Origin: an uncultured Acidobacteriota bacterium
GTDB taxonomy: Bacteria > Acidobacteriota > Thermoanaerobaculia > Multivoradales > UBA5704
Length of the DNA stretch: 64,000 bases
Direction: 5' to 3'
Assembly (NCBI GenBank): GCA_963700145.1
Contig: OY969474.1
Coordinates: forward strand, 608,001 to 672,000
A program made the translations under genes and the position numbers. Below are positions 28,830 through 37,735 of this stretch, piece by piece (positions within the stretch are counted from its first letter, which is position 1; every line of letters begins with the position of its first letter). The notes beneath the pieces are model-generated. The model was given only the letters and a program-made list of their open reading frames with translations. It had not been told where the DNA came from and did no database searches.

Positions 28830-29209
28830 CCGCCGCCTTGCTGGCGGGCCGCCGGGCGGGAGCTCTCCGCGAGCAGCGCCTCGAGGATGGCGAGCCGCTG
28901 CGCCAGCCGCCGGTTCTGCCCTTCGAGCCGGTTGAGCACCACCGACAGGTGCAGGGTCAGGGTGAGGAGGAGGAAGAGGATCGTGCCGAGCACGAGCACC
29001 GGCGGGTAGTAGAGCCCGACCAGCCGCGCCAGCACGAACTGCAGGGGGCGGAAGAAGGCGAAGGCGGCGATGGCGCCGCCGATCGCCAGCCAGACCAGCG
29101 AGTACCACTCGTTGAGCCGCCGCCGCCGCACCAGCTCGACGACGAAGGCCGAGAACAGCACGGCCGCGACGATGGCGATGATCTGCACGCGCAGGTGGTA
29201 GTCGCTCAT
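28826..29209 (-). CDS. DUF2304-family membrane protein
   Basis: Three TMs, VRRRRLNEWYSLVWL, GLYYPP, C-terminal LAQRLAIL; follows a GT2. Confidence 0.85.
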   Translation of the reverse strand: MSDYHLRVQIIAIVAAVLFSAFVVELVRRRRLNEWYSLVWLAIGGAIAAFAFFRPLQFVLARLVGLYYPPVLVLGTILFLLLTLTLHLSVVLNRLEGQNRRLAQRLAILEALLAESSRPAARQQGGG

Positions 29210-29934
29210 GGCCGTTCCTCCTCGAGCGGCGTCCGCCGCCGCAGCAGCTCCACGGCGAGCGCGAACGTGACCTTGGGGATGTAATAGAACGCCCGCAGCG
29301 GGCGCAGCGAGGTCTTGCCGCCCTGCCGCTCGCGCATTCTCACCGGCACCTCGCGCAGGCGGAAGCCGTGGCGCGCCAGGAGCAGGACGCTCTCCGGCTC
29401 GGGGTACTGCTCGGGGTAGATCCGGGCGCAGAACCGGACCGCGCGGCGGTCGAAGGCGCGGAGCCCCGACGTCGGATCGGTGATCCGCTGCCCGGCGATG
29501 CGGGTCAGCAGCCAGGACAGCCAGGCGATCCCGAGGCGGCGCGGGAGCGAGGCGTGGGGCCGCGGTGGCTCCAGGTACCGCGAGCCGATGGCGACGTCGG
29601 CCTCGCCGGCGGCGACCGGCGCCAGCACGCGCGCGGCCTCGGCGGGCGGGTGCTGGCCGTCGCCGTCGAGACGCACGACCGAGCGGTAGCCGCCCGCGAG
29701 GGCGTAGAGGAAGCCGGCCTGCTCGGCGGTGGCGACGCCGGCGGTGTAGGGCAGGTCGAGCACGGCGGCGCCGGCGGCGCGCGCCACGGCGCTGGTGCCG
29801 TCCGTGGAGCCGTCGTTGATCACCAGGACGTCCCAGGTGGGCGACGTGGCGCGGAGCTCTTGCAACAGCCCCGGCAGACAGTGTTCCTCGTTGAGCGCCG
29901 GGACGATCGCCAGGACGTCGCGCACCGCGCTCAG
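29206..29934 (-). CDS. GT2 polyprenol-phosphate glycosyltransferase (GacI/PpgS-like)
   Basis: VPALNEE, INDGSTD, DGDGQH, DPTSGLRA. Start is CTG 29934 or GTG 29925. Confidence 0.85.
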   Translation of the reverse strand: MSAVRDVLAIVPALNEEHCLPGLLQELRATSPTWDVLVINDGSTDGTSAVARAAGAAVLDLPYTAGVATAEQAGFLYALAGGYRSVVRLDGDGQHPPAEAARVLAPVAAGEADVAIGSRYLEPPRPHASLPRRLGIAWLSWLLTRIAGQRITDPTSGLRAFDRRAVRFCARIYPEQYPEPESVLLLARHGFRLREVPVRMRERQGGKTSLRPLRAFYYIPKVTFALAVELLRRRTPLEEERP

Positions 29935-32594
29935 GGGTCCGCCAGGGCGGTGAAGCTGGGGCCCGCGGAGGCCCGCGTGACCGCCACCTTCCCGTCCGGA
30001 GTGCGTTGGAACCAGAGCGTCGGCTGGATCTCGATCTGCTCGGTCGGGTTGAGCTGCCACCAGACCGCGTCGGCCTGGAACGAACCGGCTTCGACGTCGA
30101 AACGTGCGGAGTCGACCGTGACCGTCCGGCCGTCGATCTCCCCGCGCACCGAGCGGTCGCGCAGGTCGAGCTCCAGTGTGCCGCGCCGCACCCGCGGGCC
30201 GGGAGGGAAGTCGAGGCTCCAGACGCCGAAGAGCGCCTGCGCGCCGGGATCGACGACGTGGAGCCCGAGGCGGTACGTGCGCACGCCCGCGTTCTCGGGC
30301 CGCACCAGCGTCACCCCCAGCCGGACCCGCCCGTCCACCACTTCCTGCTCGAGATAGGCGCCGCCGGCGGGCAGGCTGGCGGTCTCGAGGCACGCCTTCG
30401 GATCGCCGGTACGGGCCGTCAGGAGCCGCACCTCGGAGAGGATCCCGTCGCCGGCCAGAAGGTCGACCGCCGTCCGCTTTCCCGACAGGCAGGCCAGATC
30501 GAGGTCGAGCAGCCAGCTGCCGCCGCGCAGCGCGATTCCGCGCGCGAAGCCAGGGACGGCGAAGCGGTTGTCGGGATCCATGGCCAGGAGGCGCACCTGG
30601 AGGGTGCGCGCCGGGCCGGCGCCGAGACCGCTCTCGCGCGTCTCGCCGCCGAAGCGGGCGACGAGCGTCCGCCGCCCCGGAACGATGTCGACGGCGAGAG
30701 ACCCCCCGCGCGCCCAGCGTCTTCCCCACGCCTGCTGGCCGAGGGTCGCGTCGCGCCGCGCGCGCAGCTCGTACTCGCCGTTGCCCCAGAGACGGGCGTA
30801 GGTCGCCGGCTGGTACCAGGGCTCGCCGAGGTCCTTGCGGCGCGAGTCGTCGAGCGCCTTCTCGACCACCGCGTACTGAACGAAGGCGCGGCCCTCGCCG
30901 GGGCCGGAGGCGTCCCAGGTGAAGAGCGGCTCGCGGTAGCGGATCCGCTGGTCGCGCAGCAGGTAGCCCAGCCAGTGCTGGCGCAGGCCGGGGCGGAGAT
31001 CGATCAACATCCAGGCGTCGGGCGCGACGCGCCGGGCCGCCCGCGCCGCCGCGATCAGCTCGCGGTCCAAGACCACCCGGTCGGCGAGCACGTAGCGCTG
31101 CGTCCAGAGCGTGTGCTTGAGGTTGATCGCCAGCAGCATCACCGCCGCTCCGACGGCCACCCAGCGCAGCGCGCGGAGTCGCCACACCGCGGCGATCCCG
31201 GCCGCGACCAGCGCCAGGACCTGCGGCGTCAGGGCGGAGATCGCCTTGAACCAGCCGTAGGGATAGCCGTGCGGGAAGTCGACGCCCCAGCGCTGCTGCG
31301 CGGCGAACGCCGCGCCGACGAGGAAGGCGGCGGCCGCGGCGATGCGGGCGCGCCTCCCCAGCCGCCACCAGCCGTAGCCAGCCAGCACGGCGAAGCCCAG
31401 ACCGAGCGCCGCCAGCACGGGCATCGGCACCCGGCGCCAGCCGGTGCCGTAGGCGGCCGCCGCGTGGGCCACCAGCCCGATGACCTCGACGAGCGGCGGA
31501 AAGACGAGGATGTTGCCGCGGCCGAGGGACTTGACCCCTTCCGGGCCGAGCAGGTGGGAGACCATCTGCAGCTCGTGCCAGCCGCGCAGGATGGCGAACG
31601 GGTTCGAGACCACGGTCGCGCCGAAGGCGCCCAGCCACCACAAGGGCGCCGCACGGGCCGGGCGCCGGGCGCCGGCCCGGCGCCGCAGGACCGCCACCGC
31701 GGCCCAGGCGCAGAGGACGCCCGCCAGTCCGTAAACGGCGAAGACGGGGTAGACCGAGACGAGCGCCGCGAGGAGGACCCCGAAGAGAGCGGCCATGCGC
31801 CAGCTTCGCCGCCGCTCCGCCTCGACGCCGACGCAGAGCAGCAAGGGGAGGAAGCTGGTGCCGACGACCTGGGAGAGGAAGTTGTCGTAGACCGGCCAGA
31901 GGAGCAGGTTGCTGACCGCGGTCAGCCCGGCGGCGAGCAGGGCGCCGCCGCGCCGCAGGCGGAGGCTGTAGCGGGTCCAGAGGAAGACTGCTCCCGCCGT
32001 GAGGGCGAAGAACAGCGCCGGCACGATGCTGAGCAGCTCGTAGCTGCGCCGCCCGGTGAGCGCGCCGAGCACGCCGACGACGTAGACGTCGCCGACCCGC
32101 AGCAGGTCGATCTGCGCCAGGACCCAGATGAGCCAGGGCTTGCCCGGAGGGATCTCCGGCGCCCGCAGCGGCGCCTGCTGCAGGTACTCCGAACGGACCG
32201 CGTAGGAGATGCCGTCGATCGTGGCGCCGACGGTCGTCAGGTGACCGACCGCGAGGAGCGGGAAGACGGCGAGGAGGAACGCGAAGAGGCAGAGCGCCAG
32301 CGCCGCCAGGGAGCTGCGCGGCAGGCGCCGCAGGCGGCGGTCGGTGAAGACCATCGTCCAGCCGGCGGCGGTGAGGCCGATGAACAGCCAGCCGACCGAT
32401 CGGAGCGGATGCCCGAGAGTCCCCACGAGGTGGGCGACCGCGGAGACCAGCGCGAAGCCGAGGAAAGGAGCGACGAGGAGCAGGACGGGCCGAAAGACCC
32501 GGGGCAGGAGCGGCCGCGCCAGGAGGAAGCCGCAACCCCAGAGCAGTGCGATCGCTGTGGCGGTGACGAAGGCGAGGTCGTCGGCAGCGCTCAT
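29931..32594 (-). CDS. Large multi-pass membrane protein, probable GT-C
   Basis: More than ten TMs, loop motif TIDGISY, Y-x-x-F-K motif (YGWFKA), long soluble C-terminal region. Confidence 0.6.
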   Translation of the reverse strand: MSAADDLAFVTATAIALLWGCGFLLARPLLPRVFRPVLLLVAPFLGFALVSAVAHLVGTLGHPLRSVGWLFIGLTAAGWTMVFTDRRLRRLPRSSLAALALCLFAFLLAVFPLLAVGHLTTVGATIDGISYAVRSEYLQQAPLRAPEIPPGKPWLIWVLAQIDLLRVGDVYVVGVLGALTGRRSYELLSIVPALFFALTAGAVFLWTRYSLRLRRGGALLAAGLTAVSNLLLWPVYDNFLSQVVGTSFLPLLLCVGVEAERRRSWRMAALFGVLLAALVSVYPVFAVYGLAGVLCAWAAVAVLRRRAGARRPARAAPLWWLGAFGATVVSNPFAILRGWHELQMVSHLLGPEGVKSLGRGNILVFPPLVEVIGLVAHAAAAYGTGWRRVPMPVLAALGLGFAVLAGYGWWRLGRRARIAAAAAFLVGAAFAAQQRWGVDFPHGYPYGWFKAISALTPQVLALVAAGIAAVWRLRALRWVAVGAAVMLLAINLKHTLWTQRYVLADRVVLDRELIAAARAARRVAPDAWMLIDLRPGLRQHWLGYLLRDQRIRYREPLFTWDASGPGEGRAFVQYAVVEKALDDSRRKDLGEPWYQPATYARLWGNGEYELRARRDATLGQQAWGRRWARGGSLAVDIVPGRRTLVARFGGETRESGLGAGPARTLQVRLLAMDPDNRFAVPGFARGIALRGGSWLLDLDLACLSGKRTAVDLLAGDGILSEVRLLTARTGDPKACLETASLPAGGAYLEQEVVDGRVRLGVTLVRPENAGVRTYRLGLHVVDPGAQALFGVWSLDFPPGPRVRRGTLELDLRDRSVRGEIDGRTVTVDSARFDVEAGSFQADAVWWQLNPTEQIEIQPTLWFQRTPDGKVAVTRASAGPSFTALADP

Positions 32595-32667
32595 CGGCCC
32601 TGGCGACCGGGATGCAAGCGACTCCTCGACGGCATGGTCCCAACGACTTTAGCAGAGGGGCGGAGGG

Positions 32668-33990
32668 CTACCCGGCCGTCGTTTCCACTCCCAGGTCGCG
32701 GAAGCCCTCCTCGAGCCCCGGCCCGCCGAGCAGCACGCCCAGCCGGTACCGCCCGGGCGCGAACCTGCTCTTGTCGATCTCGGCGTGGAACCCGGGATCG
32801 GCGCGCTCGAGGCCGTGGACGTCCGCGACGTCCTGGCGCACGCCGCGCACGCAGGTGAGGGCGTAGCAACGCTCCGCGGAGCTGAAGACGAGCTGGATCC
32901 ACTCGTCGGGGGTCCCGTGCTCGTCGCTCAGGTACGCCCACCCGATCACCACCAGGCGATTCCCCTCGTCCTCCACGCGGTCGAGGTAGGCCTGCACGCG
33001 CGGCGATTCCGGCGGCGGCGGCGCACGCTCCACCAAGCCGCGGGCGAGAGACGCTTCCGGGGCCGCGGCCGGCGGTCCCGGGCGCCGGGCCAGCAAGTAG
33101 AGGTTGTCGCCCCGGTCCTCGAGCTTGCCGCCCGCCGCTTCCAGGATCGCGTACAGCTCGTCGGGCCGGCGCGCGATCGGGATCTCCCGGCCGCTGACGT
33201 CGAGCGCGGCCATCGGGATCTCGTCGTAGTCGAAGCGGTCCCGGGTCTGCGCGCGGCAGACCTCGAAGCCGTGGAGGGTCAGCAGCTCCCTCATCTCCGG
33301 CAGGGTGTACTCGCGGTTGTGGCGCCCGTGGACGCCGGTCTCGGGGTGGTACATGTCGAAGGGGTTGTGGCCCTCGAGCAGGCAGGCAAAGTTGATCAGG
33401 CGGGCCGCGTTCGGCAGCGTGACGACGAGGTGCCCTCCCGGCGCCAGCAGGCGGCGGATCTTGCGAAAGACCGACAACGGGTTGACGACGAGGTGCTCGA
33501 GGGTTTCGCAGAGGAAGATCAGGTCGAAGCTCTGGTCGGGGAACGGGTAGCGCGGCACGGTCTCGAGGTTGAAGAGCGGGTAGGAGAACACCCACTCTTC
33601 GCCGAACTTCCGGCTGCTCACGTGGTGCGTGGCCGAGCCGATCCGATCGGAGAAGATGTCGTGATCGAAGAAGTTGGCCCCCTGCAGCTGCGCCTCCGGA
33701 AAGAGCCGCCGCAGCAATAGATGGAAGAAGAAGGGGTTCGCCCCCAGCTCGAGGATGCGCGGGCCGGCCGGCAGGGGGACGAACTCGAGGGTGTGCAGGA
33801 AGCGCTGGAGCGCGTCTCCGACGTAGCTTTCGGTGAGCCCCGGCGGCGCGTCGTCCAGCACGAGGCTCGTGAGGTAGTCCCGCAGCGCGGCGGTCGAATC
33901 GTGCAGCTGCTCGCGGAAGCGCGCCTCGTCGCCGTCGGCGGCGGTGCGGGCGAGCCGGTCGAGAGCGTGGCGGGTTCGCTTGACCTCCAT
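32668..33990 (-). CDS. Methyltransferase with C-terminal Ig-like domain
   Basis: ILELGANP, FDLIFLCETLEHL, TLPNA, RHNREYT; C-terminal GWAY...RQDVA...PGF. Confidence 0.8.
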   Translation of the reverse strand: MEVKRTRHALDRLARTAADGDEARFREQLHDSTAALRDYLTSLVLDDAPPGLTESYVGDALQRFLHTLEFVPLPAGPRILELGANPFFFHLLLRRLFPEAQLQGANFFDHDIFSDRIGSATHHVSSRKFGEEWVFSYPLFNLETVPRYPFPDQSFDLIFLCETLEHLVVNPLSVFRKIRRLLAPGGHLVVTLPNAARLINFACLLEGHNPFDMYHPETGVHGRHNREYTLPEMRELLTLHGFEVCRAQTRDRFDYDEIPMAALDVSGREIPIARRPDELYAILEAAGGKLEDRGDNLYLLARRPGPPAAAPEASLARGLVERAPPPPESPRVQAYLDRVEDEGNRLVVIGWAYLSDEHGTPDEWIQLVFSSAERCYALTCVRGVRQDVADVHGLERADPGFHAEIDKSRFAPGRYRLGVLLGGPGLEEGFRDLGVETTAG

Positions 33991-34058
33991 GGCGCGCGGC
34001 ACTCTAGCAGCCGCTCCCGCCGCCGCCCGGTGATACCCTCCGCTGCCGAGACCGTCCC

Positions 34059-35051
34059 GTGAAGCGCGCTTTCGCCGACTCGCTGCGCTGCGTCCGTTGC
34101 AGCGGCCCGCTGACGCTCGCCGTTCTGGAGGAGGACGAAAGGGAGGTGCGGGAGGGCGAGCTCCGCTGCGACCGCTGCGCGCGGACCTTCGCCGTCCGGC
34201 GGGGGGTCGTGGACTTCCTCGATCCGGCCGACGAGGCCCTGGCCAGCGAGATCCGCGGCTGGGGCGAGCTCGCGGGCCCCCTGCACGAGGGGCTGGTCCC
34301 CGTCATGACCGCGCTCCCCGCGTTCCCGCACGCCCCCTGGCCCCACGTCGCCGCCGACTTCTTCCAGATCTTCGAGCACGTGGACTTCGCGGCGAAGCGC
34401 GTCGTGGACCTCGGGGCGGGCCGCACCTGGTCCACCCGCTACCTGATGACGATGGGCCGGGCGCGCGAGGCCGTCGCCGTGGACGTGATGACGGCGCGCT
34501 TCCTGGGCCTGGAGACCGCCGACATCTTCTTCGAGCTCGACGGCATCCACTTCGAGCGGCTGCGCGGGGACGTCCACCACCTGCCCCTCCCGGACGGCTG
34601 GGCCGACGTCGCGTTCAGCTGCGCCGCGGTCCACCACTCGTCCGACCTCGACGCCCTCTTCGGCGAGGTCCGCCGCGTGCTGCGCCCCGGCGGCCGCTTC
34701 GTCTTCGTCTCCGAGGCGTGCCGGCGGGAGTCGATCCCGGTCAATCGGCCGGACAACATCGAGACGCAGGCCGGCATCAACGAGCACGTCTACACCCTGT
34801 TCGAGTACGAGGAGGCGCTGGCGCGGGCCGGCTTCCGCAGCCGCCGCCTCCTGCCGCGCACCGTCCGCTACCGCCTCCTCTATCCGGACGAGGACTTCGA
34901 GCAGGGGATGCCGACGGGGATCCGGAGGCTGGCGCGGAGCGCCTCGGGGCGGGCGCTGATCGACCTCATGCTGCGGCGGCGCCTCGCCAACCGGTGGCTG
35001 TACCGCCACTGGGGCCTGCCGCTGTCGGTGATCGCGGAGAAGACGTCCTGA
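34059..35051 (+). CDS. Trm112-like Zn-knuckle + class I methyltransferase
   Basis: LRCVRC...LRCDRC, VVDLGAGRTW, AAVHH, RVLRPGG. Confidence 0.82.
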   Translation: MKRAFADSLRCVRCSGPLTLAVLEEDEREVREGELRCDRCARTFAVRRGVVDFLDPADEALASEIRGWGELAGPLHEGLVPVMTALPAFPHAPWPHVAADFFQIFEHVDFAAKRVVDLGAGRTWSTRYLMTMGRAREAVAVDVMTARFLGLETADIFFELDGIHFERLRGDVHHLPLPDGWADVAFSCAAVHHSSDLDALFGEVRRVLRPGGRFVFVSEACRRESIPVNRPDNIETQAGINEHVYTLFEYEEALARAGFRSRRLLPRTVRYRLLYPDEDFEQGMPTGIRRLARSASGRALIDLMLRRRLANRWLYRHWGLPLSVIAEKTS

Positions 35052-36487
35052 ACCCGTCCCCCGACTTCAAGCTCTCGGTCGTCGTCCCGGTCTACAACGA
35101 GCGCTACCTGGTCGGCGAGCTGGTCGAGCGGGTGCTGGCGGTCGAGATTCCCGGCGTCCGCGAGCTCGAGCTCCTGCTCGTCGACGACGGCTCGACCGAC
35201 GGCAGCCTGGAGGTGCTCCGCCAGCTGGCCGCCGCCCACCCGGACCGGGTGCGCCTGCTCGAGCAGGGGCGCAACCAGGGCAAGGGGAGCGCCATCCGCC
35301 GCGGCATCGCCGAGGCGACGGGCGACCTCATCGTCTTTCAGGACGCGGACCTCGAGTACGACCCGCGCGACTACGCGCGGCTGGTGCGGCCGTTCCTCGA
35401 GGACGGCGCCGACGTCGTCTACGGCTCGCGCTTCCTGCCCAGCGAGCGGCGGCGCGTCCTCTACCACCGGCACGCGCTCGGCAACCGGCTCCTCACCGGC
35501 CTGAGCAACTGGGCGACGGACCTCAACCTCACCGACATGGAGACCTGCTACAAGATGTTCCGGGCGCCGCTGCTGAAGTCGATCCCGATCCGCTCGAACG
35601 ACTTCGCGATGGAGCCCGAGATCACCGCCAAGATCGCCAAGCGCGACGTGCGCATCTTCGAAGTGCCGATCAGCTACCTCGGGCGCACCTACCGCGAGGG
35701 GAAGAAGATCGGCTGGCGCGACGGCTTCAAGGCCATCAAGGCCATCCTCAAGTACAAGCTCGTCGACGACCTCTACGCCGAGGACGAGTACGGCTCGCAC
35801 ATCCTGCACAGCCTGGAGCGGGCGCAGCGCTTCAACCGCTGGATGGCGGAGTCGATCGCGCCGCACATCGGCGCGCGGGTGCTGGAGATCGGCGCCGGGA
35901 TCGGCAACATCACCTCGTGGCTCCTGCCGCGCGACCGCTACCTGGCGAGCGACATCAACCCGCACTACCTCGCCTACCTGCGCAACCTGGCGCTCGGCAA
36001 GCCCTATCTCGAAGTCGCCCGCGTCGACGTCGAGGAGCCGGGCGACCTCGCTCCCTGGCGCGGCGCCTTCGACACGGTGATCTGCCTGAACGTCCTGGAG
36101 CACGTGCGCGACCCCTTGCCGGCGCTGCGCAACATGCACGGCGCGCTCGCCCCCGGCGGCCGGCTCGTGCTCTACGTCCCCGCCGGGCAGCGCCTCTACT
36201 CCAGCCTCGACGAGGTGCTGGGTCATCGCACCCGCTACGACCGCCCGATGCTCGAACGGGAGCTCGCCGCGGCCGGGTTCCGGCTGGAGGCGGTGCGCGA
36301 CTTCAACCGCGCCGGCGTCCCCGGCTGGTGGATCAACGGCGTGGCGCTCAAGCGGCGTCACTTCAGCCGCGTGCAGCTCAAGCTCTTCAACATGCTGGTG
36401 CCGCTGGTGCGGCGCGCCGACCGCGTCCTCCCCTGGCCGGGCCTGGGGATGATCGCGGTCGCCCGGCGCGAGGAGCCGGCGCCCTAG
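35048..36487 (+). CDS. GT2 + methyltransferase fusion
   Basis: LSVVVPVYNE, QDADLEYDP, DMETCYK, then VLEIGAGIGN and NVLEH. Probable CTG start overlapping the upstream TGA. Confidence 0.85.
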   Translation: MNPSPDFKLSVVVPVYNERYLVGELVERVLAVEIPGVRELELLLVDDGSTDGSLEVLRQLAAAHPDRVRLLEQGRNQGKGSAIRRGIAEATGDLIVFQDADLEYDPRDYARLVRPFLEDGADVVYGSRFLPSERRRVLYHRHALGNRLLTGLSNWATDLNLTDMETCYKMFRAPLLKSIPIRSNDFAMEPEITAKIAKRDVRIFEVPISYLGRTYREGKKIGWRDGFKAIKAILKYKLVDDLYAEDEYGSHILHSLERAQRFNRWMAESIAPHIGARVLEIGAGIGNITSWLLPRDRYLASDINPHYLAYLRNLALGKPYLEVARVDVEEPGDLAPWRGAFDTVICLNVLEHVRDPLPALRNMHGALAPGGRLVLYVPAGQRLYSSLDEVLGHRTRYDRPMLERELAAAGFRLEAVRDFNRAGVPGWWINGVALKRRHFSRVQLKLFNMLVPLVRRADRVLPWPGLGMIAVARREEPAP

Positions 36488-37728
36488 CCGCGCAGCAGCT
36501 CGCCGAGGCGGGCGGCGACGCCCGCGGCGCCGTCGGCGAGCGGCACCAGCGTGCCGCCCCCTTCGGCGCGCAGCCGCTCGCCCAGTGCGCCGAGGTCGAA
36601 GGCCACCACCGGCACGCCCGCGGCGCGGCACTCCGACAGGGTGAAGCCGTAGGACTCCGGGACGATCGACAGCAGCAGCGCCAGGTCCACCTCGTCGGCG
36701 GCCAGGAGGCGGGGGAGGGAGCCGCTCCGGTAGTAGCCGCGGACGCGCACGCCCGGCAGGCGCCGCAGGCGCGCCAGCAGCGCCGCGTCGCCGCCGCCGT
36801 AGGCGCTCCAGCGCACTCCCGCCGCTCCGCCGCGCCCCAGCCGCCGCACGACCTCCTCGAAGAACAGCGCGCCCTTGTGGGGGAGGACGCTGCCGGCGTA
36901 GGCGATGTGGCGGGGGGGCTGGGCAGGGGTGCGGGGAGCCGGGAGCGCCGGCGGGTCGTCCAGCGCGACGACCACCTGTCGCTCCGGCGGCAGACCGGGA
37001 AAAAGCTCCAGGCAGGTAGAACGCAGGAACGCCGACGGGTAGGCGATGCGCTCCGCGCCGGCCAGCAGCTCCGCCGCGAGCGCGCGCCGCCTCTCCTGCC
37101 AGCCGACCTCCACCCGCCAGTCTTCGTTGAGACAGCGGGCGCAGCGGTGCGGATCGCGCGAGTAATGGCAGAACACGAGCTGCGGATGCTCGAGCAGGTG
37201 CGGGCGCGGACAGAAGGGGGCGAAGTCGTGGAGGGCGATCGACAGCCGCACGCCGCGGCGGCCGAGCGCGAGGAGCGAGCCGAGCGGCAGCTCCGCCAGC
37301 CCTTCGACGTGCAGGCGCTCCGCCCCCGCCGCCTCGAGGCCGCCGAGCGCCGCCTCCTCCAGCGCCGGGTCCTCGAGCGCCGTCACGTCGCGGGACCACG
37401 CGTTCAGGTAGAGCGCCGTCCGCCGCTCGCCGACGGCCAGCTCCAGGCGGGAGCGGGTGCCATCGGGGTAGAGGAGCGCGGTGCTCCTCCCCTCGCGCGC
37501 CTCCCGCTCCAGGCGGCGCAGGAGCTGCGTCTGCACGCCGCCGAGCCAGGGGAAGGGCGGGGTAGGGAGGAGGTTGAGGACCGGCGCGCGGAAGCTCGCG
37601 GGCGGGGACGGCGCCACCCGGAACGCCCGCCGCCGCCGCGCCTCGGCCATCCGATCCAGCGTCCGGTCGCGCGCGGCCAGCAGCCCCTCCGCCCGCATCA
37701 CGCGTAACGCCGTCGGCACGAGGCTCAT
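36484..37728 (-). CDS. GT4 glycosyltransferase
   Basis: LHDFAPFCPR, PHKG, PESYGFTLSE, FDLGALGER. Confidence 0.82.
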   Translation of the reverse strand: MSLVPTALRVMRAEGLLAARDRTLDRMAEARRRRAFRVAPSPPASFRAPVLNLLPTPPFPWLGGVQTQLLRRLEREAREGRSTALLYPDGTRSRLELAVGERRTALYLNAWSRDVTALEDPALEEAALGGLEAAGAERLHVEGLAELPLGSLLALGRRGVRLSIALHDFAPFCPRPHLLEHPQLVFCHYSRDPHRCARCLNEDWRVEVGWQERRRALAAELLAGAERIAYPSAFLRSTCLELFPGLPPERQVVVALDDPPALPAPRTPAQPPRHIAYAGSVLPHKGALFFEEVVRRLGRGGAAGVRWSAYGGGDAALLARLRRLPGVRVRGYYRSGSLPRLLAADEVDLALLLSIVPESYGFTLSECRAAGVPVVAFDLGALGERLRAEGGGTLVPLADGAAGVAARLGELLRG

Positions 37729-37735
37729 CTCTTCC

